Source of the DNA: an uncultured Desulfosarcina sp.
Lineage (GTDB): Bacteria; Desulfobacterota; Desulfobacteria; Desulfobacterales; Desulfosarcinaceae
Direction of reading: 5' to 3'
DNA: 64,000 bases
Assembly (NCBI GenBank): GCA_963674945.2
Contig: CAXXWQ010000004.1
Location: 1,440,001-1,504,000 of the forward strand
The position numbers and the translations under genes were made by a program. Under the pieces are notes generated by a model, which had not been told where the DNA came from, ran no database searches, and worked only from the letters and a program-made list of their open reading frames with translations. Below, one piece after another: positions 30,683 through 40,281 of the stretch; within the stretch, counting starts at the first letter, position 1; each line of letters starts with the position of its first letter.

Positions 30683-31105
30683 ATGACCGTTCGAGAAACA
30701 TATTCGCTTTTGGATCACACTGCCGATCTGAAAATCCGCGTTTTCGGAAAGGATCTTGCCGGTCTATTCGAAAACGCCGGCCTGGCCCTGTTCGACCTGA
30801 TGATCGAAACGGACAGTCTCGCCACCGATGAGCGTACGATCCGCGTCTCCGGTGACGATCCAGCGGATCTTCTCGTCAACTTCCTGCGAGAACTGCTTTT
30901 TTTGTGGACCGGCGAAGAGAAAGTGGTCACCATGATCATCGTCACGACCCTTTCCGAAGCCGCCGTCGTCGCCCGTGTCACCATCGATCCATACTCGCCG
31001 GAGCGCCATCACGTGATCAGGGAAATCAAGGCCGTCACCTACCATCAAATCGAGGTGCGCCCCACGAAAAAAGGGTGGCAGGCTACGGTGGTGTTGGACA
31101 TCTGA
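30683..31105 (+). CDS. Archease
   Basis: LDHTADL N-terminus, EIKAVTYH and ATVVLDI C-terminus. Confidence 0.95.
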   Translation: MTVRETYSLLDHTADLKIRVFGKDLAGLFENAGLALFDLMIETDSLATDERTIRVSGDDPADLLVNFLRELLFLWTGEEKVVTMIIVTTLSEAAVVARVTIDPYSPERHHVIREIKAVTYHQIEVRPTKKGWQATVVLDI

Positions 31106-31111
31106 TATCAT

Positions 31112-31199
31112 GACGGCTTCGCAAAAAGCCCGATATCTGCGTTACGCTATATCCCTCGGGACTCGCAATCCTTGATTTCGGACTCTTTACGAAGCCGTA
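31112..31199 (+). repeat. REP/MITE-like palindromic repeat, internally deleted copy
   Basis: Terminal IR GACGGCTTCGCAAAAAGCCCGA...TCGGACTCTTTACGAAGCCGT; inverted homologue of 32728-32851 lacking 36 bp. Confidence 0.85.
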
Positions 31200-31247
31200 C
31201 GGAATCAGACGTTTAAGAGTTTATTATATCATCGGGGAGGAGAAACC

Positions 31248-32681
31248 ATGGAACTTATCAAGATCAATCCGTTCTGCTATGAAATCCCCCGGTGCGGCAC
31301 CATGAGGGTTCCGGGACGAATTTTCATGAGCGAAACCATGGCCGGTCAGATGTCCGAGACAGAGGCCCTGAAACAGGTGGCCAACGTGGCCACGCTGCCC
31401 GGTATCCTCAAGGCGGCCATGGCCATGCCGGACATGCACTGGGGCTATGGTTTTCCCATCGGCGGCGTGGCCGCATTCGACTGGGAGACGGGTATCATCT
31501 CTCCCGGCGGTGTGGGCTATGACATCAATTGCGGCGTTCGACTGGCGGGAACCGGTCTTACGGAGAAAGAGATTCGACCGGTGGCGGATCGTCTGGTGGA
31601 CGCCCTGTTCAACAACATCCCGTCGGGTGTCGGTTCCACGGGGTCGGTGAAATTATCCCCAAAAGAAGCCAACCGTGTGCTGCGCCAGGGGGGGCGCTGG
31701 GCCGTTTCCCGGGGCTTCGGCGAACCGTCCGACGTGGAGCGCACCGAAGACGGCGGCTGCATGGAATCGGCCGATCCGTCGGTGGTCAGCGAGCGGGCCT
31801 TGCAACGAGGATCCAAACAATTGGGCACATTGGGCTCCGGAAACCATTTTCTGGAAGTGGGCGTGGTCGATGCCATCTTCGACGAAACTGCGGCCCGGGC
31901 ATTCGGGCTGTCCGAAAACCAGGTGACCGTGCTGCTCCATTCCGGTTCCCGGGGATTGGGATACCAGGTGTGTGACGACGCATTGGCCTTCATGAACAAG
32001 CACGTTCGAAAATTGGACATCCAGTTGCCCGACCGCCAGCTTGCCTGCGCCATGATCCAATCCGAAGCCGGCCGGCAATACTTCTCCGCCATGGCCTGCG
32101 CGGCCAATTATGCCTGGGCCAACCGACAGATACTTCTGCACCGGGCCAGGGAGACCTTCCAGCGGGTGCTGGGCATCGGCCCGCGGGATCTCGCCATGCA
32201 CCAGGTGTACGACGTATGCCACAACATCGCCAAACGGGAGACCCACACGGTGGAGGGAAAGGCCCGCACGGTGTGCGTGCATAGAAAGGGCGCCACCCGG
32301 GCATTCGCCCCCGGCCATCCGTCCATCTGTGAAACCTATCGGAAAGTGGGGCAACCCATCCTCATCCCCGGGGACATGGGAACGGCCTCCTACGTGATGG
32401 TAGGCACCGAAACCGCCATGGCGGAGAGCTTCGGATCCACCTGTCACGGCGCCGGCCGGGTACTGAGCCGGAAGGCGGCCAAGAAACAGAGCAAGGGTCG
32501 CGCCATCCACCGCGAACTGGCCGACAAAGGTATACTCGTAAGGTGGACCGGTCGGTCCACCATGGCCGAAGAGATGCCCGATGCCTATAAGGAGATCGAC
32601 CAGGTGGTGGATTCGGTGGACGGCGCGGGGCTGTCGAAAAAAGTCGCTCGTCTGCGCCCCATATGTGTGATAAAGGGATGA
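31248..32681 (+). CDS. rtcB: RNA ligase RtcB
   Basis: MPDMHWGYGFPIGGV, GYDINCGVR, LGSGNHFLE, HSGSRG, HRKGAT and STCHGAGR. Confidence 0.97.
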   Translation: MELIKINPFCYEIPRCGTMRVPGRIFMSETMAGQMSETEALKQVANVATLPGILKAAMAMPDMHWGYGFPIGGVAAFDWETGIISPGGVGYDINCGVRLAGTGLTEKEIRPVADRLVDALFNNIPSGVGSTGSVKLSPKEANRVLRQGGRWAVSRGFGEPSDVERTEDGGCMESADPSVVSERALQRGSKQLGTLGSGNHFLEVGVVDAIFDETAARAFGLSENQVTVLLHSGSRGLGYQVCDDALAFMNKHVRKLDIQLPDRQLACAMIQSEAGRQYFSAMACAANYAWANRQILLHRARETFQRVLGIGPRDLAMHQVYDVCHNIAKRETHTVEGKARTVCVHRKGATRAFAPGHPSICETYRKVGQPILIPGDMGTASYVMVGTETAMAESFGSTCHGAGRVLSRKAAKKQSKGRAIHRELADKGILVRWTGRSTMAEEMPDAYKEIDQVVDSVDGAGLSKKVARLRPICVIKG

Positions 32682-32727
32682 CGATTGTTAACCTATTCAT
32701 GCGGACCTCGTAAAAAGCCGGATCTCG

Positions 32728-32851
32728 GACGGTTTCGTAAAAAGCCCGAGATCAAGGCCTGCGAGTCCCGAGGAATGAGGCGTATTACCGATACGTCGCA
32801 GTGACGAGGGATGAAGCGTAACGCCGATATCGGGCTTTTTACGAAGCCGGC
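32728..32851 (-). repeat. REP/MITE-like palindromic repeat, full copy (124 bp)
   Basis: GACGGTTTCGTAAAAAGCCCGAGATC...GATATCGGGCTTTTTACGAAGCCGGC; inner hairpin CGTATT-ACC-GATACG; extra partial end at 32704-32727. Confidence 0.85.
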
Positions 32852-32872
32852 CATCATGCGGAGCCGATAGTT

Positions 32873-33703
32873 GTGAATACCATAGAAGCGATCATGCTGG
32901 GCGTCATCCAGGGACTCACCGAATTTCTGCCGGTGAGCAGTTCGGGTCACCTGGTCCTTTTTCAAAACCTGTTGGGTCTTACAGAACCGGAGCTATTGTT
33001 CGACATCAGCCTCCACGTGGGAACACTGGTGGCGGTCCTCATCGTCTTCTTTCGAGACATTTATGAAATCCTGCGCGCATTGATCCGAACTCCTTTTCAA
33101 ATGAAGCAATCCGGTGGTCTGTCGGCCATCGTCAAAACGGATCCTTTCGTCCGCATGGCGATGCTGATCGTCGTCGGGAGCATCCCTACCGCCGTCATCG
33201 GCCTCGTGTTCAAGGAAATCGCCGATCGTTTGTTCGGCACCATTACCATCGTGGGCCTGATGCTGCTCGTCACCGGTACCATTTTGTGGCTGACCCGAAA
33301 TATCGTACGGGAAGGCCGCCCCGTAGAAAACACCACCAACAAGGACGCACTGATCATCGGCATCGTTCAGGGCCTGGCCATCTTGCCCGGCATATCCCGC
33401 TCCGGTTCCACCATCGCCACGGCGCTGTTTCTCGGCGTGGATCGAAAGGTGGCAGGCCGATTCTCCTTCCTGCTCTCCCTTCCCGCCATCATCGGAGCCC
33501 TCGTTTTAAGCCTGGATACACCCGAACTGGCAACCACGATCCCCTTGGGCACCATCATCCTGGGATCGGTAATATCGGCGCTGGTGGGCTGGCTCGCCCT
33601 GGTGATGCTATTGCGGGTTGTTGACCGGGGGCAATTGCACCGGTTCGCCCCGTACTGCTGGCTGGTGGGTACGGTCACCCTTGTCCTGGCCATGATGGGA
33701 TAG
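32873..33703 (+). CDS. uppP: Undecaprenyl-diphosphate phosphatase
   Basis: QGLTEFLPVSSSGHL and PGISRSGSTI motifs; multiple TM segments. Confidence 0.96.
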   Translation: MNTIEAIMLGVIQGLTEFLPVSSSGHLVLFQNLLGLTEPELLFDISLHVGTLVAVLIVFFRDIYEILRALIRTPFQMKQSGGLSAIVKTDPFVRMAMLIVVGSIPTAVIGLVFKEIADRLFGTITIVGLMLLVTGTILWLTRNIVREGRPVENTTNKDALIIGIVQGLAILPGISRSGSTIATALFLGVDRKVAGRFSFLLSLPAIIGALVLSLDTPELATTIPLGTIILGSVISALVGWLALVMLLRVVDRGQLHRFAPYCWLVGTVTLVLAMMG

Positions 33704-33971
33704 ATTCGCCTCTTTTCAAATACTGGAATCTTTTTCACATCCATCGAGAAAGATAGGAAAAAAAGTACCGTTTTTTCCCCGCCAACACTTCGTCATGGCT
33801 CCTCTGGTCGCGGCAGGATGGGAGTCGAACCGGCATTTCCAGCAGCGCCCTTCTCAAATCCATTCATATCCATAGAGTACCGGCTTTGGAGGATACAAGA
33901 AAAGTCCGGTGTCACATCGTCATGATGAAACGATAGGAAGACCGTCTCACCGGAAATGTAAATGAGGAATA

Positions 33972-33986
33972 TGGCACGTATTTTGT
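33972..33986 (+). promoter_or_regulatory. Possible sigma54 -24/-12 promoter
   Basis: TGGCAC-GTATT-TTGT, one mismatch to TGGCAC-N5-TTGC, about 55 bp before the ATG at 34042. Confidence 0.45.
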
Positions 33987-34041
33987 ATAGCTTGCAGTGC
34001 GAACACAGGAAGGGCCGGCGAGAATCTTCAGCGAGCGTAAA

Positions 34042-35616
34042 ATGGTTACTGAGAAGACACCGTTGTTTTCCGACAAGACCCGCACCACTTCCGATCACCA
34101 GGATTGGTTGACCGCAAACGATATTCTGCGGCGAACGGGAATCGAAAAACAGGACCTGATTCGCTTCATCCAGCTGCAGGTGCTTCCCAAATCCATGATG
34201 CGCATCTCCCGAGATGGCCATGGGAAAGGCCGAAAAAAGAGCTATTTCTCACCATCCATACTGGAACAGGTTAACGCCCTGAAACGTCTTCGGGATCAAG
34301 GATACACCGTGGAAACCATCACCGGTACCTTTCAAGACAGATCCGGAACAATCACCGTACCGACGAGCCCGTCGCCGCGGGAAACGGCGGCAACGGGCCA
34401 TGCCCCCCTCCGGCAAACCGGCAGCGGTGCCCCCCGTAACGTTCAATTGCCCGCTGCGACCTTTGGCGCCGCCCTCTTCTTCGTCAATACCGACCTTCGT
34501 ATCGGATGGGCAAAGACGGAAGAAAAGGACCTCTTATCCAAGGCCATCGCCAACGAGATGGAAGACGATCCATCCGGAACGGTTTTCGACATCCTGCTGC
34601 GGGCCTCCCTCAAGGAGTTCGTATTCAACTGGCAACCACTATTCACCTTTGTTTATGGCTTTTTGAAAGAGACGACGGACCCGAAGATTTTCCATCATCT
34701 GGCACCGACGATCTCCATGGGCGTGAAGCACACGGATCAAATGGAAACGCGCGGGGCCGATAGCGGACTTCGGGGTCGAATCGACAGCTGCCCGATCCTC
34801 CTGGAGGGAAATGACGACCGGGCGCGTCAGATGCGGATCTATGGCCTCACCCTTTCGGACGGAACCCTGTTCATTCTCTCCCCCGAACACCATTGGGACA
34901 AGCATGCGGGCCGCTCTACCCGTGAATCCGGAACCGATACCCGGCCAAATGCCGAAGCCAAAGAGGAAAAAGTTCCCTTCGGCGTTCTCTCCGTACGGCT
35001 CGACAACTCCCGGGAAATCGTAGAAGCCCTTTTGCCGGATACCTATTACCAGTTGATGGAAAAAATCTGGCAGGCGTGCGATCAGGTGCTGGCGTCCCAC
35101 GGCGGCCACCGCGTAAAGCGTAGCGGCAACGAAGTACAGTACATGCTCCCCAAATCGACGGAAACGGACCCCGTCTTCGAAGCGATCTGCTGCGCCGTGG
35201 AACTGAGGGAGAAAATGCGGGCAATCGAAGCGGATTTGAGGACCAATGGTGGCTGGTTTGCCGATATTCGGTTGAACATGGGGATCAGCAGCGGAAAGGA
35301 TCGGATCAGGCCCGACGATCCGACGGCCAGTATGGCGTTCACCCTCCCCGGAGGCGCCGCGGATCAGGCGTATACCCTATCCGCCTTCGCCCATGAAGGG
35401 GGGATCTGGGTCACCAAATCGGCCTTTGGTCATCTCACCCCCGATCAGATACGCCGCGTCACCTTCGGCATCTACCGCGAGAATCGACTGATCCCCAATA
35501 TTTTTGCGAAGCTGTCCGAACTCACCGATGATTTTGAACCGTCACCCACACAAGGCGGCATCCACACCCTTTCCATCACGCAGATCATCGCAGTTGAGCC
35601 CGAAGGCAGGAATTAA
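34042..35616 (+). CDS. MerR-like HTH plus class III nucleotide-cyclase-like domain protein
   Basis: N-terminal LTANDILRRTGI...FIQLQVLPK; C-terminal AICCAVELRE, LNMGISSG and GGIWVTK cyclase-fold motifs; catalytic Asp residues appear absent. Confidence 0.7.
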   Translation: MVTEKTPLFSDKTRTTSDHQDWLTANDILRRTGIEKQDLIRFIQLQVLPKSMMRISRDGHGKGRKKSYFSPSILEQVNALKRLRDQGYTVETITGTFQDRSGTITVPTSPSPRETAATGHAPLRQTGSGAPRNVQLPAATFGAALFFVNTDLRIGWAKTEEKDLLSKAIANEMEDDPSGTVFDILLRASLKEFVFNWQPLFTFVYGFLKETTDPKIFHHLAPTISMGVKHTDQMETRGADSGLRGRIDSCPILLEGNDDRARQMRIYGLTLSDGTLFILSPEHHWDKHAGRSTRESGTDTRPNAEAKEEKVPFGVLSVRLDNSREIVEALLPDTYYQLMEKIWQACDQVLASHGGHRVKRSGNEVQYMLPKSTETDPVFEAICCAVELREKMRAIEADLRTNGGWFADIRLNMGISSGKDRIRPDDPTASMAFTLPGGAADQAYTLSAFAHEGGIWVTKSAFGHLTPDQIRRVTFGIYRENRLIPNIFAKLSELTDDFEPSPTQGGIHTLSITQIIAVEPEGRN

Positions 35617-35621
35617 CCAAT

Positions 35622-35760
35622 GTCTGTCCAGAAATGGTAGATCATGGTTCAGGTCAAGGCCGCAGCGACGTCGAAACCGCAGGCGTAGCAGCGCTACGTT
35701 GAGGATTTCGACAGAGTGAGAACGCCGGCATGGGTCATGAGATGCCGTTTCTGGATGGGT
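35622..35760 (+). repeat. ~140-bp nested hairpin element (MITE-like or structured RNA)
   Basis: 30-nt terminal arms pair fully on the + strand using G.U, apart from a tandem GA/AG; inner stems GTCGAAA/TTTCGAC and CGTAGC/GCTACG. Confidence 0.75.
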
Positions 35761-36728
35761 CTAGCTATAGCACGACAGCATAGAACACCCCGGCCGGTCC
35801 CTGGCCCAATCCGGACGCTTTGCGGCAAAATGCCCTTTGTCCGGCTGCTCGTCGTAAGGGTGGCGCAAGAGGTCCAACAGTTCATGCACCAATGAAAAAT
35901 CATGTCGGCGGTCAACCGACAGACCTCAGCAAACCACCGGGGATAAACGTCCGCAGACGGTTTTCCCAGGTGGGGAAAATCGGTGCGGATGGTATAGTCC
36001 ACGAGTTTCTTCAGCAACTGTATCTCCCCACGTGCGGCGAAGATCTGAAAACTGCCGAACCGGATGAACGATGGCGCCACCCGGCAAACGACGGCACCCG
36101 GCTCCATCTTTGGATGACCGTCGTAGAACATGTCCCGTTCCACCGATTCTCCGGTCAGAACCAGGCTTAACACGCGGGTGGTGGGCACACCCAGGTGAAA
36201 CATGGCCTCGCTGCACAAAAACTCACGCAGGGAAGAACGCAACACGGCCAGGCCGTCTGCGTTTCTGGAATAGGGGGTCGGCCCGGCACCTTTGAGCTGG
36301 AGCACCCAGCGCGAACCGTCTCCATTGATGACCTCTCCCAGGTTAATGGCGCGGCCATCACCCAGTTGTCCGGCCCAATTGCCGAATTGGTGACCGCCGT
36401 AACACATTGCGTAGGGTTCCATCTGTGGCAGCAGACGATTTCCGGCAAACACCGAAAGGAAGGCATCGGATTCGCACTCCGTTTCCGTAAGGCCCAATAA
36501 CTCGGCGACTTCGGGTGAATAGGCCACGAGCCGGGGTTGGGAGACCGGCGTCGGGACGACACGGGAGTAACAGGCGCCGGCCACCTGCCTGCGATGGTTT
36601 CGGGTCTCGATGTCACCGGGCAGTTGGGAAACGAACCGATTATCGAACCGTAAATTACCAAGCGCCGGGAGAAAAGGGTCTGCGGCAGGGGCAGGAGCGA
36701 TCGCTTCCATGGATTCAAAGCATTTCAT
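35761..36728 (-). pseudogene. selO: SelO/YdiU protein adenylyltransferase with an internal deletion and frameshift
   Basis: [28 protein letters not shown] and FIRFGSF are present. After MIFHW the sequence jumps in another frame to the C-terminus [17 protein letters not shown]...GCSMLSCYS*; the HGVMNTDN region is missing. Confidence 0.88.
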
Positions 36729-36900
36729 GTTTGGCTCCCTTCGTATAGGAACGCGAGAACTTAGGGTAAGCATGAATCGGCGGGAAGCAAAGCGATGGTC
36801 GTGGAAGTGAAGAAAATCACCTGGGAAGGCATCGCGCCTGTTCGATCACCACGAATTCATCGAAGTGATCGAACAGGGAAAAAGTGAGTTTACTATAAAT

Positions 36901-37560
36901 TCATGCGGCGGGTTGCCGATCGCCGTGCTTCTCCCACTCGTGAATGTCACCCTCTTCCACTTGTTCCCAACCGGTCACCATGGCCCTCACGTGTGCAGTA
37001 ATGCTGTGGCCGGTGGTGGTCATGTAGACATGGACGATGACGAAACACAAGATGGCGAAAGCGCCTGCCATGTGGACGATGGCGACGATTCCCAGGGAGA
37101 GGCCCGAAAGCCCCCATTCCGGCCATTGATTGTATCCCCAGTACAAAAACCCGGAGATCATTTGAACGGGGAGCAAAATGGCCGCCAGCGACAGGTAGAC
37201 CAGGCGCTGCAAAGGATTGTGCTTGGCCTCCTTGCGTTTGGGGACCGGATGGCTTTCACCCCTGAAGATCCCCCAGCTGTAGTAACGAACCACCTGGAAC
37301 ATCTTCTTTGTGGTGGGAATGTACTGCTTCCACTCTCCGGTGGTGAACAACCAGAAGACGAAGAAGGCGAAGGCGATCAACCAGGTAATTCCCACGAAGT
37401 TATGGATTTCCACCGCGTCCTCGAATCCCAAAAAGGAATAGACGCCATGCACCTCGAAGCCGGTGATCAGCAAAGTGAAGATCAGCGCCATCTGCAACCA
37501 GTGCCAGAAACGCTCATACCGCGTGTACAGGTACATGTTGATCATGTTTTTCATGGACAT
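36901..37560 (-). CDS. Cytochrome b (Ni/Fe-hydrogenase/PhsC-type membrane anchor)
   Basis: ERFWHWLQ, KHNPLQRL and His-containing TM helices (IVHMAG, VHVYM). Confidence 0.92.
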   Translation of the reverse strand: MSMKNMINMYLYTRYERFWHWLQMALIFTLLITGFEVHGVYSFLGFEDAVEIHNFVGITWLIAFAFFVFWLFTTGEWKQYIPTTKKMFQVVRYYSWGIFRGESHPVPKRKEAKHNPLQRLVYLSLAAILLPVQMISGFLYWGYNQWPEWGLSGLSLGIVAIVHMAGAFAILCFVIVHVYMTTTGHSITAHVRAMVTGWEQVEEGDIHEWEKHGDRQPAA

Positions 37561-37562
37561 GG

Positions 37563-39194
37563 CTATTTATCCTCCTTCCCGCTATTGGTAAACATTCGGG
37601 TCAGGCCATGAAGGACCACGCCCATCAGATGCCCCAGCACCAGGATCCATCCCAGTGAATCCAATAGGGAGAAATTGTCCCGGCCAGGCATGTAGAATCC
37701 CGCCAGGTTGGCCAAACGGCTGTCGCTTCGGGTATGGCACTCACTGCAGGCCACCACATTTTCTTTGGGCGCTACCATATGGGTGATGGGAAAAACGTAG
37801 GTGGTGTCCACGAAGTCGAATTCACCGGAAAAGGGGATGCCCAGATCCCTCTGGCCCACGGAAAGGGCATGATCCCAATCCAGGGTCTCCCAGTATCCAT
37901 CGGGACCGGAAAGCATCGGGCCCAAAAGGGTCTTGTGGACCTTGTCGTAGGGTTGCCTGCCCCGGTGGACCTTGAAGGGAAAAATTCGGGCGTTGGGGTC
38001 GCTCCGGTCTCCTACGGGATGGCTTACCGCCACGACCTTGCCCGGATCGATGGTATCTTTCGCGGTGGTACTGTCGATGGAGCCATTGTACCAGAAATAC
38101 TCCGGCTCGACATTCTTGGCCCACTTCATCTTTCCCTTGATGGACATATAGTCATGTTTGCCGAATTCGTCCTCCGTCGTGTACGGCTTGCCGTCCTTTG
38201 TCTTTCCCGCCTGGGACCAGTCCCACGATATCTTCGTGGGATTGACACGGGCAAACTTCGGAATATGGCAACTCTGGCAGGCAACCTTGTCCGTGTGATC
38301 GTTGGCCTTTGACTCGCTTTTATGGGGTGTGCTGCTGTGGCAGGACTCGCAGGTGATTTTCGCTGTCAGGTCATCCTCGATCAGGCTTTTTCGATCCGTC
38401 GCCGCAGGCCTGGTATAGACCCGGCCGGCAATATTGTGCAGCACGGTGGTATGACAGCGGGTGCACTTGAAATCTTGTCCGTCTTCCCCCATATGCACAT
38501 CGAGGGATTTGTTGGGTTTGGAAAGGGAAGTGTCCAGATCGCCGTGTTTGACGCCGTCTCCACCACCACCCTTGAAATGGCAGCCACCGCAGTTTTGCCG
38601 CTCGGGGCGGACCACGGCCTGCGCGGCGGCGGCAATGTTGCCGCGTATTTCATCGGCGATCTCCTGTTCTTCCGGATCCTTTGATCCGTCGAATGCATCC
38701 AGGTCCTCGAAGGACTCTTCCCAGTTGATGGTTTTCTGTCCGTGACAATGAAGACAATTGATGGTCTCGGTTTTCTTACCCCAACCGGGATGGCAACTCA
38801 GGCACCCCTTGTCCTGCATCTTATTGGTGGAGATACAAAAATTGTTGATGGAGTCACCGCCCTTACCATGCACACTGCCGTCCGGGGTTGTATAGGCGTT
38901 CCAGGTCCAGTGAATGGTCTTGTGAAACTGGTCCGCCGCCTCCGTATGGCAGGATAGACATGCCCGGGTAATCTCAGACCCGGACCGAAAATCCTTTTGC
39001 AGTGCCTCGATGCGGCCATGATCGGTGGTGATCCACAGCTTTTTCTCCTTGGTGGCCTGCTGCGCCATGGTCCGGCCCGGTGCCTCTGTCTCGTCCTCGG
39101 AACAGTAAACGGCCGGCGTGCAGAGCATTGCCAGCATAAAAAGAACAATGGCCCACGGAACGCTCCTCTGGCTTGGTTTGGTGAATGTCATCAT
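37563..39194 (-). CDS. Octaheme c-type cytochrome, tetrathionate reductase (OTR) family
   Basis: 8 CxxCH motifs; IHWTW, INNFC, GGGGDGVKHGDLD and DVHMG family motifs; signal peptide and C-terminal TM. Confidence 0.9.
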   Translation of the reverse strand: MMTFTKPSQRSVPWAIVLFMLAMLCTPAVYCSEDETEAPGRTMAQQATKEKKLWITTDHGRIEALQKDFRSGSEITRACLSCHTEAADQFHKTIHWTWNAYTTPDGSVHGKGGDSINNFCISTNKMQDKGCLSCHPGWGKKTETINCLHCHGQKTINWEESFEDLDAFDGSKDPEEQEIADEIRGNIAAAAQAVVRPERQNCGGCHFKGGGGDGVKHGDLDTSLSKPNKSLDVHMGEDGQDFKCTRCHTTVLHNIAGRVYTRPAATDRKSLIEDDLTAKITCESCHSSTPHKSESKANDHTDKVACQSCHIPKFARVNPTKISWDWSQAGKTKDGKPYTTEDEFGKHDYMSIKGKMKWAKNVEPEYFWYNGSIDSTTAKDTIDPGKVVAVSHPVGDRSDPNARIFPFKVHRGRQPYDKVHKTLLGPMLSGPDGYWETLDWDHALSVGQRDLGIPFSGEFDFVDTTYVFPITHMVAPKENVVACSECHTRSDSRLANLAGFYMPGRDNFSLLDSLGWILVLGHLMGVVLHGLTRMFTNSGKEDK

Positions 39195-39241
39195 CTTCTC
39201 CCCAAATGGGCTTTTCCAAGGTAAAAGTACCATCATTCTTA

Positions 39242-39586
39242 TTATTTGCACTTGGCCGGTGTAGGCGAATCGGCTGCATGATCATGAAGGTAGGCGTAGA
39301 TATCACTGATGTCCTCATCGGACAGCGCATCCCACTCTTTTTTGCAACCGAAATCCGCAAATTCCTTCTTCTCGAATGTACGCGTCCACTGGGCCTGGGT
39401 CTTGGCGTCAGGGCTGATGGGAGGCTTGGGAGAATCCACTTCCCCGCGTTCCATGCAGGCCTTGTAGACCTTTCGATAGGTGTATTTCCCTTTGCGTTTG
39501 TTTCCCTTTTCAAGGGCAAGGCCGGCGCTTACAGTGGAAAAGAGGAAAACCAGTGCGGTAATGACGAAAATTCCTTTTTTGCTCAT
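39242..39586 (-). CDS. Small secreted cytochrome c-like protein lacking CxxCH
   Basis: Signal peptide; GNKRKGKY, ISPDAKTQAQW and YLHDHAADSP; YKACM at the expected heme site. Confidence 0.7.
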   Translation of the reverse strand: MSKKGIFVITALVFLFSTVSAGLALEKGNKRKGKYTYRKVYKACMERGEVDSPKPPISPDAKTQAQWTRTFEKKEFADFGCKKEWDALSDEDISDIYAYLHDHAADSPTPAKCK

Positions 39587-39723
39587 GATGCCTCCTAATG
39601 AATTTGAAATTTAAAATTCAAAATGAATAATGAAAATAGCATGAACCGTCATGAAATAGATGATATCGTATCATTTCCTAGATGATTCGGTACATACTAG
39701 GATTGCCAGTGTCTCATAGGACA

Positions 39724-39897
39724 CTACCACCAACAGATCACTTTGTCATTTTCGAAAATCTTGTCCACCAGCGCATGCCAATCCACCGGTTTTTCGTAAA
39801 GCATGACGACCGTCGCCGTGTTTTCCAGGTTGATGACATTGGTAAGCTTGGCAATGGTTTCATCCGGCTTTGATTTTAAAATATGAAGCACTCTCAT
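39724..39897 (-). CDS. Small DsrH/TusB-like protein
   Basis: MRVLHILK...VDWHALVDKIFENDKVICWW. Confidence 0.6.
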   Translation of the reverse strand: MRVLHILKSKPDETIAKLTNVINLENTATVVMLYEKPVDWHALVDKIFENDKVICWW

Positions 39898-39932
39898 ATG
39901 CAAAAACATCCTTATACCTGTTGCCGCCGAAT

Positions 39933-40235
39933 TTAGAACGGGATGACAATATCCGCACTTTGGATCCTCGTGGCTGCCTGGGTCAGCGTCACATGGGTGA
40001 AGCCGTATTTTTCCGCGTTTTCCGAGTTGTTGGAAAATCTAAGCCCGCCCAACTCGTCCAAAAATGCCATGTTGTCCCGGTACGCTTCGTCCATGTTTTC
40101 GATCTCGTGATGGAGCACGAACATCTGCACGGCCATCCCTTCCAGCAGCAATCCGATGCTGATCCGCAGCCCTTCGTACTGCTGCTGCGGGTCCCTGATA
40201 ATGACAGCGGCCTGTTTCACACCTGTTACGTTCAT
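39933..40235 (-). CDS. DsrE/DsrF-like protein
   Basis: AVIIRD...YEGLRISIGL and C-terminal ADIVIPF. Confidence 0.6.
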   Translation of the reverse strand: MNVTGVKQAAVIIRDPQQQYEGLRISIGLLLEGMAVQMFVLHHEIENMDEAYRDNMAFLDELGGLRFSNNSENAEKYGFTHVTLTQAATRIQSADIVIPF

Positions 40236-40281
40236 GGGTGCCCCGGACGATCTTCCCATCGTATTTCTCTTTCGACGGCGG

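Noticed and set aside
33805..33835. tRNA-like 3' end on the minus strand (GGTTCGACTCCC...ACCA)
   Set aside because: The T-stem does not pair, the spacing to CCA is wrong and there is no D or anticodon arm; at best an unsupported remnant.
35761..35800. Selenocysteine in the SelO C-terminus
   Set aside because: The codons are TGT/TGC and the stop is TAG; no in-frame TGA.
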